A stretch of DNA of 64,000 nucleotides from the NCBI GenBank assembly GCA_965285935.1, contig OZ260664.1, positions 81,468,001-81,532,000 of the forward strand. Reading direction: 5' to 3'. The stretch's first letter is position 1; each line of letters begins with the position of its first letter. Below the pieces are notes generated by a model, which saw only the letters and a list, made by a program, of their open reading frames with translations, was not told the origin of the DNA and did no database searches. The DNA is from Ophelia neglecta. Its lineage: Eukaryota. Positions 23,201-36,050 of this stretch are shown here, piece by piece. A program made the translations under genes and the position numbers.

Positions 23201-25736
23201 GAGAATATATGTTCACGGTAAACTTATCAGATTCCAACTTTTATTCAAAAAACGAAAAGATATATACAAGGTGATATTTTAGAAGATCATAACAACCTCT
23301 CATGAAGACTCCTTAAGGTTTAAAATAATCGCTCGCGAGAGCCACCGTGTCTTACTACCGACTTGTCCTCAGGATCCTTATATAAAATAAATCCGTTGCC
23401 AGGGAGAACAAAATGAGATAAATATATATTGGCACGTAAGGCATGATGATTAGTTAAAAGCTTCTGAAATACCTCGCAAAAGTTACCTTTATTAATAAAA
23501 TCAGGAAACTATTATTTTTTATAAGCTCTTAATGTAATTACATGAAGGTTTTGTCGCCTAAAAACACTTAACAATATGGTTTCGGAACATAAAATGTATA
23601 AATTTGATTGATTTACCATTGGGTCCCTACATATGGTCAAATGTTTTGATCTCATTAGTGCTCAGAAACATGATTGCCGGTTAATTAATTCATGGTTTCA
23701 TTTAAGTGATAACTGGGCCAGTTATTATTGGAAAATACAACTTAGTTTGTATTGCAGTACATACTATAGACCAAATCTTAGATACAAATCTTACTTGTGA
23801 ATGCATCATAAAATGTTTCAGGTTTTCCTAATAAATTGTTGCTGCTAGCAGTCACAGTTAGTTCATATCCTTTTCCTGGCACGGACAGTTTTGTTATCAT
23901 AGCACAGCAGCAATCCTCAATCATCTCTGTGACATAATCCAGTTCTCCCAAAACATTTATTTGAAAATCATCATTTGAACCCTCTTGATTCCAGCAGATG
24001 GCCATGCTGGATGTTGTTTGTTCCATAACAGTAATGTTGTTCGGCTTTGCCGGGTGGGTACTATTGCTTTCAGAAACAGGTTCACTGCTGCCATTTGGTC
24101 CATTTGATACTAGAATGACAACATAAATCTCTCCTGGGATCAGGTCAGTTATTAGGTAAGAAGAGTCATATCCACCAAGTATCTCGATGTTTTCCTTAGT
24201 TGTGTTCCAACGTATGGTGTGGCTATCGATGACTTCGGCAGAAGATGATGTCCATTCAAGTAGTAGAGAATCAGTAGATGCACTGGCTGGATATAATCTT
24301 TCGATGGATGGCGGTACTGGTGAATCTAGATAAAGAACAAGATATGCTTCTTTCGAAATATAAAGGTATTTTAAATTTATTATAAACCGGTAAAAATGGA
24401 TATTGTTTGGAAAGCAATAATCCTTCTGTGCGGGTTTATTTCAATCTGCTAGGGATATCCGAGACCGGGGAAAATATAAACATGCAGTGAAACTAACTCA
24501 TCAACCTATAAATGATCAAAATAATATGTTTACCATTAAACATTATGTACCACTTGTAAACCATTGTGGCACTTTTTTATTATCACAGTATCACTATCAT
24601 ACGAAACTCTTTATTTTGTCGATTTTTTTACACAGTGTCAGGGGAAAAGGTCTGGTCTGTATTTGGCGTTGTGTGCGGTACGATAATTACTTGGCGCTGC
24701 TGCTCTGGCGAGTATTGGGTTTGCAGTCAGACTAAGATTATGAGTTCTCTTATCATTGTTCTCTCGCAGCGCAGCGCCAAAAGCGCAGCGCCGACTACAG
24801 GAAGCCAAAATTTGTCAGGTTAAGAACGTCGAAATATTATATATGTATTGGGGAAATCAACAGTTACTGTACATAACTGGTTGTATGTGAAAACGCAATG
24901 TGCTCGAGCGATTTGAGGCCGCAGATGACCACCCCCTTAGCTTTTTGCGTGAAAGATAAGAACTGCTGGAGGGATAAAATCTGTATGTAAAAAGTAACGT
25001 TAAAAATCAACGTTGGTACGGAGTACGGAAACATTTCATTTACATAAACCAGAGACCTACATAAATATATTGAATATATGAACGCCTCGTCGCAGTAACT
25101 TCTCGTCGCAGTAACTTCTCGTCGCAGTACTAAATTGCTTCCTCGGTCTTTGAGTGTTGTGCCACACCTGTGATGTCTCCACTTGCCGAAGGTCGTTTGG
25201 GCGCCTGGTGCTATCGCTAATTCGGTTGCATCAACTTTTAATTTGACTGACGTGATGGGCAAACACAATTATCCATAATTGCGGAAAGATGATAAAGATG
25301 ATTTAATATATCTAGAAATGTGGTCATTTAAATTACGTTACATATTCTATGTTTTACCTCTGTTTGAAATAAAATATGTTTAAAAATTAGATAAATGCAC
25401 CAAGAATCACGTTTTGGCGAAAACATTTCGTATGATATAAAAAAAAGAAGGAGCACTGTATAAAATAGAAATATGTAAAGCATTGTTGAAATTTAAAGTT
25501 GCGATTAATCAATGACAAGATAGAAAAATGAAGACGCAATTCTCATAGAAACTCTAGCATATTGGGAAAACAATTATCGGCACTGACAATTCACTAATTT
25601 TCTATGGCAATACTTTCCAAAACGCATTTCGTTGTAAAAAAAATAACTTACCCTGTGAAGGAACCATGTCAATTGCAAGGAAAATGAAAGAAGAAAACAA
25701 ATAAACATTTAAAATCGACATATTTGAAATCGCCAT
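11215..25736 (-). CDS. Fibronectin type III repeat type I transmembrane protein with R3 receptor-PTP-like ectodomain (PTPRB/PTPRJ/PTPRQ/Ptp10D-like) but no phosphatase domain; ~1382 aa, 19 exons
   Basis: Exons (high-low): 25736-25652 (signal peptide MAISNMSILNVYLFSSFIFLAIDMVPSQ), 24325-23795, 22109-21843, 20739-20455, 19815-19549, 19337-19035, 18926-18636, 18281-18000, 17701-17534, 17380-17228, 17124-16982, 16692-16597, 16227-16158 (10 FN3 domains, e.g. GLQPYTTYTASVSATNPGGEG), 15859-15692, 14888-14742, 14603-14489, 14155-14082 (juxtamembrane NGDILLIALIV..W..AYRA..IGSDGDC..YCNG..PGRTYRVR), 12577-12451 (TM IAVGCVTALIVIAIVILLVLW-RR), 11791-11215 (tail, TAA). All GT-AG with compatible phases; total 4149 nt and open. 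Minus-strand AATAAA at 11094-11099. Confidence 0.85.
14268..14424. mobile_element. Tc1/mariner/pogo-type MITE (157 bp) in intron
   Basis: TA|CAGTGAAACCTG...AAGACCACCT ... AGGTGGTCTT...CAGGTTTTACTG|TA: imperfect ~28-bp TIRs, TA target duplication and internal GGTGGTCT repeats. Confidence 0.8.
16759..16851. repeat. Perfect 46-bp tandem duplication in intron
   Basis: ACCTTATTGGGCTAAGTTAATGCATACTGGAGGCATATAAACTTTC occurs twice in tandem. Confidence 0.9.
25088..25129. repeat. 16-bp tandem repeat (~2.6 copies)
   Basis: CGTCGCAGTAACTTCT repeated within a CpG-rich part of intron 1 of the FN3 gene. Confidence 0.7.
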
Positions 25737-27106
25737 AATATCCACAGTGTTTCTCTGTTAATCTCACAAAGATGAACTGCCTTGAACATAGTCTAGTGTT
25801 ATCACTAGACTCGATAGCGAAGTAGGTACTTTTTCGCCAGCATAAAAGTATGCACCTTAGCTGAAATGATACATCTCATCATTAAACTAAGTGGACTTTA
25901 TACTCAATACTCTATTACAATGTGGTTGGTCTTAAGATAGGGTCCTATGACAAAGCTACAAAGCTTAATTTCATAGGTAGGACAATGAATATCAACAAGC
26001 TTACTTCCTTGTCTGATATTATGAAACACATACACATGTCAGCCGGGCTCAATTTGCTATGAAATTCCTGAAAGGATCAAAATCTTCACTCCAAGTATTA
26101 CCAAAGAATGAGCGCGTTACACATATACGTTTTACCCTTCGAACGATATTGACATCTGTCCAAGTTTGGGAAATCATTTTTTTGCCACCACTTTCCTTTC
26201 CAAAATTCCAGGTGTCTATGAGGAACACCCCCTTAACTTTATATAATATTGTAAAAAGTAAAGCTACATAATAACATATTAAAATATAACAAAAGTGCAG
26301 GTAACTCCAGCAGGTCACAGTGTGAATTGGTCTCACGATTCAAAACACGTGTGCAAGGAAACAAAGCTGGCTATTAAGTAGCTAACAAACAGGCAAGACA
26401 CATTTGACAGGGACAGTACCAAATTCATCATAAATTTATAGTAATAAGATAGTTGTTCATGTCACCAAAAAGATTATAAATTTTTTGACGCGACCCCAGA
26501 CTCCAGGGGAGATGTTAATGTCCAGTTGAGCAGATAGCCACAACTTTGATATTCACCTGAACCTTCACAAATTTCCTTGAGTAAATATCAGTTCCTTCTC
26601 ATTACTGAAAGGGGAATTTTCCCGACTGAACCAAGTGAAAAAAGGCGTGGATACCCGGCAGACACAGCCAAATCAGTAGTAAAGAAGAGTCAAATAAATT
26701 GGTCCGAAATCATCAACACCTGAGTCTCTATCAACACGTTTTTCTCGGGCAACAACCTGACCACATATCATCATTATACCACTCATCTAACTCATGCGTG
26801 CGTCCATAACTTGCCCTTCCCTTCCCATACCCAGGCATCGTCGTAGGTTCGAGGCACCACTCCCCTTCTCCGCCCTCCGACTCGCGCCCTCTGGCACCTG
26901 TTGTGTGCCCCCCCCCCCCCCCGCGCCTCCTGATACTCCCCGTGTGTTCATCTCTCGCCTGATACCCTATTTTTTCATTAATTAATTTATTCTTCGTCGC
27001 AACCCATTGAATCCCAAAAACAAAATTACATAAGCATGAGATGTTAAACAACATACTGCGAAATCGTAGGCCGTTGGACGCCAAGCAATTTCTTCAATTT
27101 CTTCCT

Positions 27107-27484
27107 GGGCAATCTCAACTGCCGATGGATCGTGGGCAATATCAACTGCCGAGGGTTCATGGGCAATATCAACTGCCGAGGGATCATGGGCAATATCAAC
27201 TGCCGAGGGATCATGGGTAATATCAACTGCCGAGGGATCATGGGTAATATCAACTGCCGAGGGATCATGGGTAATATCAACTGCCGAGGGATCATGGGCA
27301 ATATCAACTGCCGAGGGATCATGGGTAATATCAACTGCCGAGGGATCATGGGTAATATCAACTGCCGAGGGATCATGGGTAATATCAACTGCCGAGGGAT
27401 CATGGGTAATATCAACTGCCGAGGGATCATGGGCAATATCAACTGCCGAGGGATCATGGGTAATATCAACTGCCGAGGGATCAT
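27107..27484. repeat. 27-bp minisatellite, ~14 copies
   Basis: Unit GGGYAATATCAACTGCCGAGGGATCAT; copies are near-identical with a single C/T variant position. Confidence 0.95.
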
Positions 27485-27615
27485 ACAATGGACAGTCGCC
27501 TCAGCGCTTATCTTATGATTACTTTCTAAATTCATAAAGATCTGTTACAACACCTAGAGGCTCTGATTCAAAACAATTAATTACCTTGTTCTTTCCTAGG
27601 CATTCGATATACATA

Positions 27616-29050
27616 ACTGCATTAATATGAGCGATAAGACCGAACTCTACGGCCGTTCCATGTACCGTGCATGGAGACACTGGGGGGAAGTATTATTGTG
27701 GCTGGCAGTATTTGAAGTCATAGGAAAGAAGTTATTAGATTCCAATAGAAGAATTGATTCAGCACACAATGCCAATTTTCTTTTTCCAATCTTACCTTTT
27801 GTTCATTACCTTGTGCACTTAAAGTTTTTTTTAGAAACAGAATGTCATTTAATAAAGGACCTATGTTAACATTAAATACGCAAGGTTCCTGTTCACATAA
27901 TGAATTTCAAATTGGTGCTTATCATAAATGGTGAGCTCCGTAGTTTACCTAGGTACTTTACTTCCTCCTTGACATTCTATTTGTGTCAAATGAGATTGAA
28001 ACAGGGCTGTTCAAACTGTTAACCATCTCTTCAAAACAAACGGATTAGCCTGTCACTCCATTAGCCCCAACTCAGCTTTTCACGAACAAACACTTTTAGA
28101 ATGCGCCGCCACTGATTGATAACCAAAAAGAAGTGAATGCCTGCTTCATCTATAAAGTAAAAAGTACTCGTTGTAAGTTACGTTTTACACAAAGCTGCTC
28201 ACAAGACTGTACATATTACTTACTGGTCATCAAACACATTGGTTAACCTTCTCGTCTCGAGCAGACAGCAATACAGATATACGTTACTGCATTAATATGA
28301 GCGATTAGACCGAACTCTACAGCCGCTCCATGTACCGTGCATGGAGACAATGGGGGCAAGTATTATTGTGGCTGACAGGGCTAAGTATTTGAAGTCACAG
28401 GAAAGAAGTAAATTAGATTCCATTAGAAGAATTGATTCAGCAAACATACCAATTTTCTTTTTTCAATCTAACCTTTTGTTAATTACCTTTTGCTCTTAAG
28501 AGTTTTTATTAGAAACAGTATATCATCTAATAAATGTTAACATTAAATAAGGTTCCTGTTCACATTTGATGCTTATCATAAGTGGCGTGCTCCGCAGTGT
28601 CCCTAGGTACTTAACTTCCTCCTTGACATTCTATTTGTGTCGAATAAGATTGAAACAGGGCTATTCAAACTGTTAACCATCTCTTCAAAACACACGGATT
28701 AGCCTGTCATGCCATTACCGTCTATTATCTCGCCCCAACTCAGCTTTTCACGAACAAACGCTTTGGGAATGTGGCGCCAGCAAACCGTGAACTGCTGAAG
28801 TCTAAAAAAGTTGAAACAAATACCGTTCCATAATCGTCAAGCACAGTAAAAATCTAATAACATTTATTAATATCCTTCCGCTACTGATTGATAACCAAAA
28901 AGAAGTGACTGCCTGCTTCATCTGTAAAGTGAAAGGTACGGGTTGTAAGTGTGTTCTACAAAAAGCTGCTCACAAGACTTTACATATTACTTATTGATCA
29001 TTAAACACATTGGTTAGCCTTCTCTACTCCAGCAGACAGCAATACAAATA
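27616..29050. repeat. Tandem duplication of a ~670/760-bp unit
   Basis: Copies start ACTGCATTAATATGAGCGAT at ~27616 and ~28286 and both end ...GCAGACAGCAATACA; copy 2 has ~100 extra bp at ~28775-28880. Confidence 0.9.
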
Positions 29051-29097
29051 TAATTTCAACATACTATACAAGAGCAGCACAACCAAGTAAAACGCCA

Positions 29098-29330
29098 TAT
29101 TATTATTATTATTATTATTATTATCATTATTATTATTAATATTGTTATTTTTATTATGCTTATTATTATTATAATACACCAATGGGACGATAATCCCAAG
29201 AAATCAGCTAATTAAAGCACATTCCACAAGTGCAGTGTACCCAATGTGCACGCGGCTGATGTGAAGCAATCGAGAGTAAAGGACCTTGCGTAGTGATCCT
29301 TGTGGATTCGAACACACGAGACGAGAGCAG
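29098..29330 (-). mobile_element. Degenerate tRNA-derived SINE with (TAA)n tail
   Basis: Minus-strand B-box-like GTTCGAATCC at 29304-29313, adjacent GCAAGGTCCTTTAC segment, and (TTA)n tract at 29098-29172 on +. No clear A-box. Confidence 0.45.
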
Positions 29331-31837
29331 GAAACCACGAAGAATCAAGTATGGCCGAAATATGTCAAAGTCATAACATGTGAGTTATGATGGCTCAATT
29401 GGTGGTGCATCACACTTTTAGTGAGCTCGGTCTGAATGTCATGACCAATTAGCAAATGAGACTTGTTAAACTGTATCCCAGTACCCGACAAATACAGCTA
29501 ATTTGTACAGAACTTTCTACAACAATTACATATCAGGCAATATACGAAGGAGACTACTTCAAACAAGCCCCCCAAGAAGGCTATCATTTACCTTAATGAG
29601 TCAGATTACAACCGCCAATGTTTGAGGTAGAAAATAATTGAGAGCTCATTTATTTCACCACACCATACATGAGCAGCACAACCAGGTAAACCGCCAATTA
29701 TATACTAAAATTAAGTATTATTTATGCTTTTCACGTTTTATTGTTTTATTATAGTCGGCAACTAGGGCTATATTTTCGAGGTGTTATCTAGAACTAAATT
29801 GATTGGTGGTGATTTCCAAAGAGAAAAGGTGTCGAAGCACAGATTTCAAGTAAGTTAATTCGGAAACCGTTTATTTGTGCATGTTTCTTTATGCTACAAA
29901 TGCTGAATACCTTTTGCTAAAGAAGGCTGTCCTCCGAATGAGGTCACAGCGAATATAGAGAACCAAAGGGAATGATATCACACTAATGATAACCCAACAG
30001 ACCGCCATACAACACTACAGACAACCTCTTAGAATAATTGGACCATTAAGCACTTAACATAACTTGTATATAGACATTGTTAGAATAGCTTTAAATGTCG
30101 AGTTGAACAGGCAAAGAACACGGGACGAAGTGCCACTAGAAATAGTGGCACTAGTTAATTAAAATAAACTCGATGAGACTTATACAAGTATAAGTCGATA
30201 AAGTATGAACAATTATGCTTGAAACAAAAATGATTTGACCTGGATGTCACATTATCGATATACTTAAGAGCACAAAAATATGATCAAAGTCCCTAGACCA
30301 ATTTTTATGAAGGTATAATAAGTATGATAATTAGTATGCTTTGATAGATCGGGAAATGCTGTGTATGTCTAAAGATTGTTGACCTGGCCACTGTCTGTAG
30401 TGGTGTTTCCATAAATATGGTAATTTGTGGCCAAAAAAAAAACAGGCATTTATGTGAGCCCATGATATCCATTGCAACGGAACACTGGGTCAGAGGTTAT
30501 CATTTTGATATATAATAGGACTATATTATATAGTCCTGTCACTTGTATGAATTGAGTTGCCTTAATCAATTTCTTGGTAATTTAACTCATTAAGAGCGTT
30601 TCACGAATATGATCGAACGTCACGTTTTTAAAACTCCAAAGCCCTAAAACCCTTTTGCCGCCCAAACCAACACAGTCCGAGATCACAGGGCTCGATGTCA
30701 TCCAGTGAACAGTTTAGCATTGCTAGTGTCAGATCCAGATTAGGGCACCATTTAAGATAGTGTCCATAAAAAGGTGAAACATTATCAACTACTGACCAGA
30801 AAACTTCGCTATTTACATTATAATAAGAAGATTCAGTCAGTCCATGGACTACCATATCACAGAAACTAGAACTACATTGATAACAAACTACGTTCAAACC
30901 TGGCGGTATCACAAATAACTTGGCTAATAACAAAATTGCATTAACATGTGTAAATCTAAAAGATTGCCCCAAAACATGAGCTAAGCTTGGTCATGTTATA
31001 ATTAAATCGACGCTCGAAATATCATTTCTATGGTCATTCATCACATTATTCACTTGTTGCTCAATTTCAAACACACTTTGTTTAATCACTTGTTTCCTTG
31101 CCTTTTTTTGCAGGAAATAAACCGGTACTCACACAATCACAAAGAGCAGTTTCAAGTTTATATTTTATGAGAAGGTAAATAATTCTTTGTGAAACCTGAC
31201 AATTGTTCAGAATTAAGTCGCAATAGAAACAAATTATTCACCAAAGACTCTCGCATTCTACACAGCATTCCAAAAAGTATTAACTTACGAATCGCAAGAA
31301 AAACATGGCACCCAACCAAGCAATCCAAGAGACATACGCGTGTTCGATCGAGGATGCAGTGTCTATATAGTCTTGGCACAATACCGGTGACATCGCTCAA
31401 ATACATTGCCAATATAAGCTAACAAAATCCAGAAAAAATTGCCTTTAGCATTATACTTTGATTGCAATCGTTTACCACAATATACACATCTGCGCAACTT
31501 AGCCGATTACACATTTCAAATTCATGTTCAAATGCATTTATTCCACCATAATTAAAGAAAACATGCAAATAGTCCAAATTCAATTAATTATATAATATAT
31601 GTATATAATTTGTTGCGGTTGTCGATTTCGGGCCGATTTAACTTTTTTTTTTGAGCGCTGTGTTTGGATTCTCTCCTGTATCTTCCTTGAACGATTGGAA
31701 ACATTGGTTTTAAACAGCTAGACTTCTAGCAGTGAATTTTTGCACTGCATTGAAATTACAATAAGGAACATTGTAATTAAAATTGTAATTACATTGGTGA
31801 TTTAATTGGAAATAACTTTATTATAGTAAACCAGTAC

Positions 31838-32830
31838 CATCTTCCTCGGCAATGACTACGTCAGTATTTGTCGGTCGGTGGTTGAGGCTGAAACTGTGAC
31901 GTTGTATTCAAAACTGGGATGTAGACCATCATACGAAGTGTCAGTCTGGTTGAAATCTTGTGAAGGATGAACGCATACGAATTCAATACAAATGACTCCA
32001 GGTGCCTTTAAAAACATTTTCGGGTAGTTAAAACCTCTTCTTTTTTTTACTAAGCTGTGCTAAAAACGGTTAGTTTCATAAAATTTATTGCCATTGTTCT
32101 AGTGTGTTAATAATAAAGTTAACCGATTCTTATAAGGAAGCGTTAAATTTTACATATTACCTTACATATCAATTTCTTGTGGCGGCAGATATGTCCGATA
32201 ATAAATATCGTATATGTAGGCCTATATGATATCTTAATTTGCGGTCTTCTGGGCACCGCTCCCTCCTCCAATGTCCAGCTGACAAGTATATCCATAGGAC
32301 TGGTGGTGTTAGGAGCGATGTTTTGCGGGGCAAATGGAACTAAATAAAAATAGCAATGAATTATATCAGTTTGCTGTCTGACAACAAAGCAAATGAACGA
32401 CTACTTAAGTTATGTTATGATTTTATAAGCTTGAAATAAAGTAATAGACCCATTGAAGAGTAAATTAGTGATGAACTTCGCAAAAGTTACTTTCATGCGA
32501 ATTGATGGTCACATTAATAGCCAGATACAGGTGTACATAGTAGATACATAGTAGGAATTTTTAGTTGGTACTTGAGCAATGCTTTTGTTGTTTAAATGGG
32601 ACGGTGCAATCACAGTAAAAATGAACTTCATCCAACAGTTGTTGAAGCATTGACCTTTTAGACTGGTCCCAGACCTACACTAGTCCAAGCGCTCATAGCA
32701 AACATGCAAAAAGAAGACGGTGCAGGGTTCTTCACATGCAAAGTGGTTTCGAGCCACCCGCCCCTTTACATACCAGGGAAGTCCATTCAACAAAATAACT
32801 TGTTATGATACCATTAGTTTTTAGTTTTGG
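31838..32830 (-). pseudogene. Frameshifted partial duplicate of exons 8-10 of the FN3 receptor gene
   Basis: Three collinear segments, ~32630-32830 (ETTLHVKNPAPSS..SAWTSVGLGPV), ~32165-32339 (PFAPQNIAPNTTSPMDILVSWTLEEGAVP) and 31838-31956 (FNQTDTSYDGLHPSFEYNVTVSASTTD..EDG), match 18000-18200, 17534-17701 and 17228-17380. Introns are retained; frameshifts and deletions are present. Confidence 0.85.
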
Positions 32831-35800
32831 CGCTCAAATCAGCTGTTAAAAAGTTGTCAAAAATTATATTACATCGTCGCAAACTATTGAATTGCCGAAA
32901 TTATTGTAAAGGGGCTTAGAAAATGTGACAAAATCTTAATTAATTATTATCGTTATTTATTATTGCAAATATTCAAATTAAAGAAAGGGGGTGAAATGAA
33001 TTCGAATTTGACGACGTGGCATTTATGTTACTGAAATGGAAGGTAATTAAGTCATTTTTGCGTCGTCCAAACTGCTACAACGCAAGAAAATTATAAACTA
33101 TTGAAATTCTTGAAAACATTAAAATATACTTTCTTCCGAAAGGCATGGAAGTACCGAAGTGACACGCCGTGTAAGCGTGTCAGAAAGAAAGCTGAAATAA
33201 AGACTCTAGCTCTACATTGTCGCGGGTAGATGTTCCCATTTAAAATTCTCTACCTGAATTCCCGATAATTTAACACAGTATTTAATGAGCCAAAAAAAAG
33301 TAACAAGAGACCATTTAGATAGATTCTTAGATAGTCTCAAAAACGTCCATGTGAAACTTGGTTTGTTTACATGTAATGAGTTGATATCATACAGGACACA
33401 TACCCCTGGCTTTATAGTAGTCAATACATACAGTCCTACATAGCCACACACACACTACTATGCATGGCCCAATTGATAAGTAGCATACTCTTCAAATCAA
33501 ATTAAAAATCTTAAAGTAGTGTCATTAATAGGGTTCACAAATTGCTCCGACCTTTATCAGTGAAAAAAATAGGGGGACATAGATTGACTTCCGTAAATGT
33601 TGCGCCCAATCGGTATCAGGGTTGGAAAATTGTTTTTAGAAAAGAGATGACACCTTGCTACGTATACTCCTTCCATTTGCCGAACTTGGGAATAAACCTA
33701 GTAAAGCATGGTAGCAAAAACATTGAGGCTATAAAAAAATTGAGGCAGAGTAAGCGTTCCATTCTTCCCGTGACTGATGAACTTTTGTTGTAATTTTCAT
33801 TATATATAGTTGCAATAGCAACACAGAACAAAAATGGTGACTCTTCATGACTTTTGTAATATCTTTATTTGAGCATGCTGGCCTTCTACATGTATTGGGA
33901 GCAAATAGAAATGGATACATTGCGATTCTGATAGTATAATCATGTTTGGCCTGGACCTATTTAGTTGTTGCTATATGTAGCTATATGAGAGTTATTGTTT
34001 TGTTTCATGTTGTGTTTTCCTATTGGTTTGGAGAGAACCTGATGTCCTCATACACGAGTGTCCCATTATTAAAACAAGGCTAGTGTCGATTTCCAAAGAC
34101 ACTAATGTAATGAATGTAAATATGATAACAATTATAAATGTAGTGTATAGAAACACGAGTATTGTTGTGAATTTATAACGATAATAAGATGGAAAGAGTG
34201 TTAGTTTAGAATGTTGTGTAGAATGCAAAGTGTGTGTGAGTTTTAAATAACAGTGGCAAATAAGTTGAGTGTGTATGAATGGCTAAATATGCATTAATTT
34301 AAGTATTTGTTTTTATTTTACTTTCAGGTGTTTGATTTAGGGTACAGGTAATTTGTATGATTGGATTTGTGAGTGGGGATGTATATTTATGAATTAATAC
34401 GCAAGTATGAACTCACCCTTTCTTGGAACCTGATCATTATACGCCAAGATTACATTTATCTCTGAGAGCCCCCCCCCCCCCCCCCCTTCCCAGCCCATTG
34501 GATCAATTTAATATGGCCGAGCAGCCACTATACGAAAAGCACCTCAGTCAATTGTTGATAATGTTAGCCCCCACCCCAACCCCCACCCCATCCCCTCCAT
34601 AATTGCCTATTTTATATATAATTGAACATCATATCATAATCTACGCTATTTCTTCAAAAAAAACAACAATTTTAATGCAGTGTATGCTTAGTGTGAATGT
34701 CATTTATAACATCGCGGTTTGCCGCGATTGGAGGCTGTATTAAAATCGACAAACTGGTATCTCCGTGTGCCGCCAGGGGTCAGCATTGCTATCTCATGCC
34801 TCAATATACACAGTTCTTAACGCGGCTGAGACACTAACCTTCACTATTTAAACATGTTAATCTCTTCAGCGAAAGGAAAGGTGTTGCTGGGCAAAACAGT
34901 CGACGCCAAGATTGCTCGGTTAATTATTTTACTGCTGCGAACGGGTCAAAACAATTTGCAGTTGAACAGGCATCAGTTTCCAGAAGCACGTAGAATTCTT
35001 GAGAACTTTTGAAATACGAAGAGTTTAAAAAAATGCACCAAGTATCGTATTTCTTAAAACCTTCAAAAGTTCACATTTTTCTTTCAACAATTCGGCAAAT
35101 ATTGTTCCCAGTGAATTGTCAGTGAGTTGTTTTGCGCGAGTTAAGCACTTAACTGGATATGACCATTGCATTTTTACTAGATATATGGGCCTATAAGCCT
35201 ATATCTATGGAGGTAACCTTCCAGAGCTTGTTTCTTATACTGCCTCATATCGCTCCTCTGGTATTGACATTATATATACATACGGCCTTTTCGTAAAGAT
35301 TACAGATATGGTTGAGGTGCCATTTTGATCCACATTTAGATCCATATTTCCTTACACATTTTGACCGTTCGTCGGTCAGGCTTTGTCAAGAGTTTGATCT
35401 ACTAGCAGCAGTTTTGATCCTAATTTCTTCTTGGGAACGATGTGATGACTCAGACCCTGCATGGAAATTGTTCAATATAGCCCATTGTTCCTTATAGCCC
35501 ACACTATTGAGTATATTATATAGCCTCAGTATATGTCGTATTAAAAAGTGGGTGGCGGTGGCGGTGATGGTTTGAGGGAGGGTGGGGGAGGGAGGTTAAG
35601 GTTTTCACAGTTGCACGATGAATGACATCACCATTTCACAGTTCATCATTATTATTATTGTGCCTTGCCCTCACAGGCCACGACCCCCACCCCACCCCAG
35701 CCCCTCCTCACACACACTAACCCACCCCTATCCCCAGCACTAAATAGTTAAGTGGAACAGCTCATGTTATGGTTTTATTGCCTTTTTGATATGATTAACC

Positions 35801-35974
35801 TTCTGTAGGCCTATATACTGGTAATAAGAATCAGCATTTTTATCATTTTAAATGCCTATGCATTGCCACAACTGTGGTGACAGTCCCGCCCACTTTTAAG
35901 TACCAGTCATCCACGTTGCTTTGTTGTGTTTTTGTTTCTAAATTTAGACAACTTTTGTCGTCGCCAAAATCTGA

Positions 35975-36050
35975 GCCAATCAGAGGGCAGGTAAGAAATG
36001 ACGTAGGGGGAATCCCGATAGTCTTGTCACTTTTCAACATGGCGCCATGA
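35975..36050 (+). promoter_or_regulatory. Putative proximal promoter/5' leader: CCAAT box, CRE-like site, YY1-like palindrome
   Basis: GCCAATCAG at ~35976, TGACGT at ~35999, and AACATGGCG within the palindrome CATGGCGCCATG (36038-36049), directly at the first coding exon. Confidence 0.55.

Noticed and set aside
26982-27535. Repeat ORFs (DITHDPSAV / MIPRQLILP / MGNINCRGI)
   Set aside because: By-products of a 27-bp VNTR that is open in several frames; no gene structure.
29300-29330. tRNA gene
   Set aside because: Only a B-box-like motif is present and no cloverleaf; better explained as a SINE relic.
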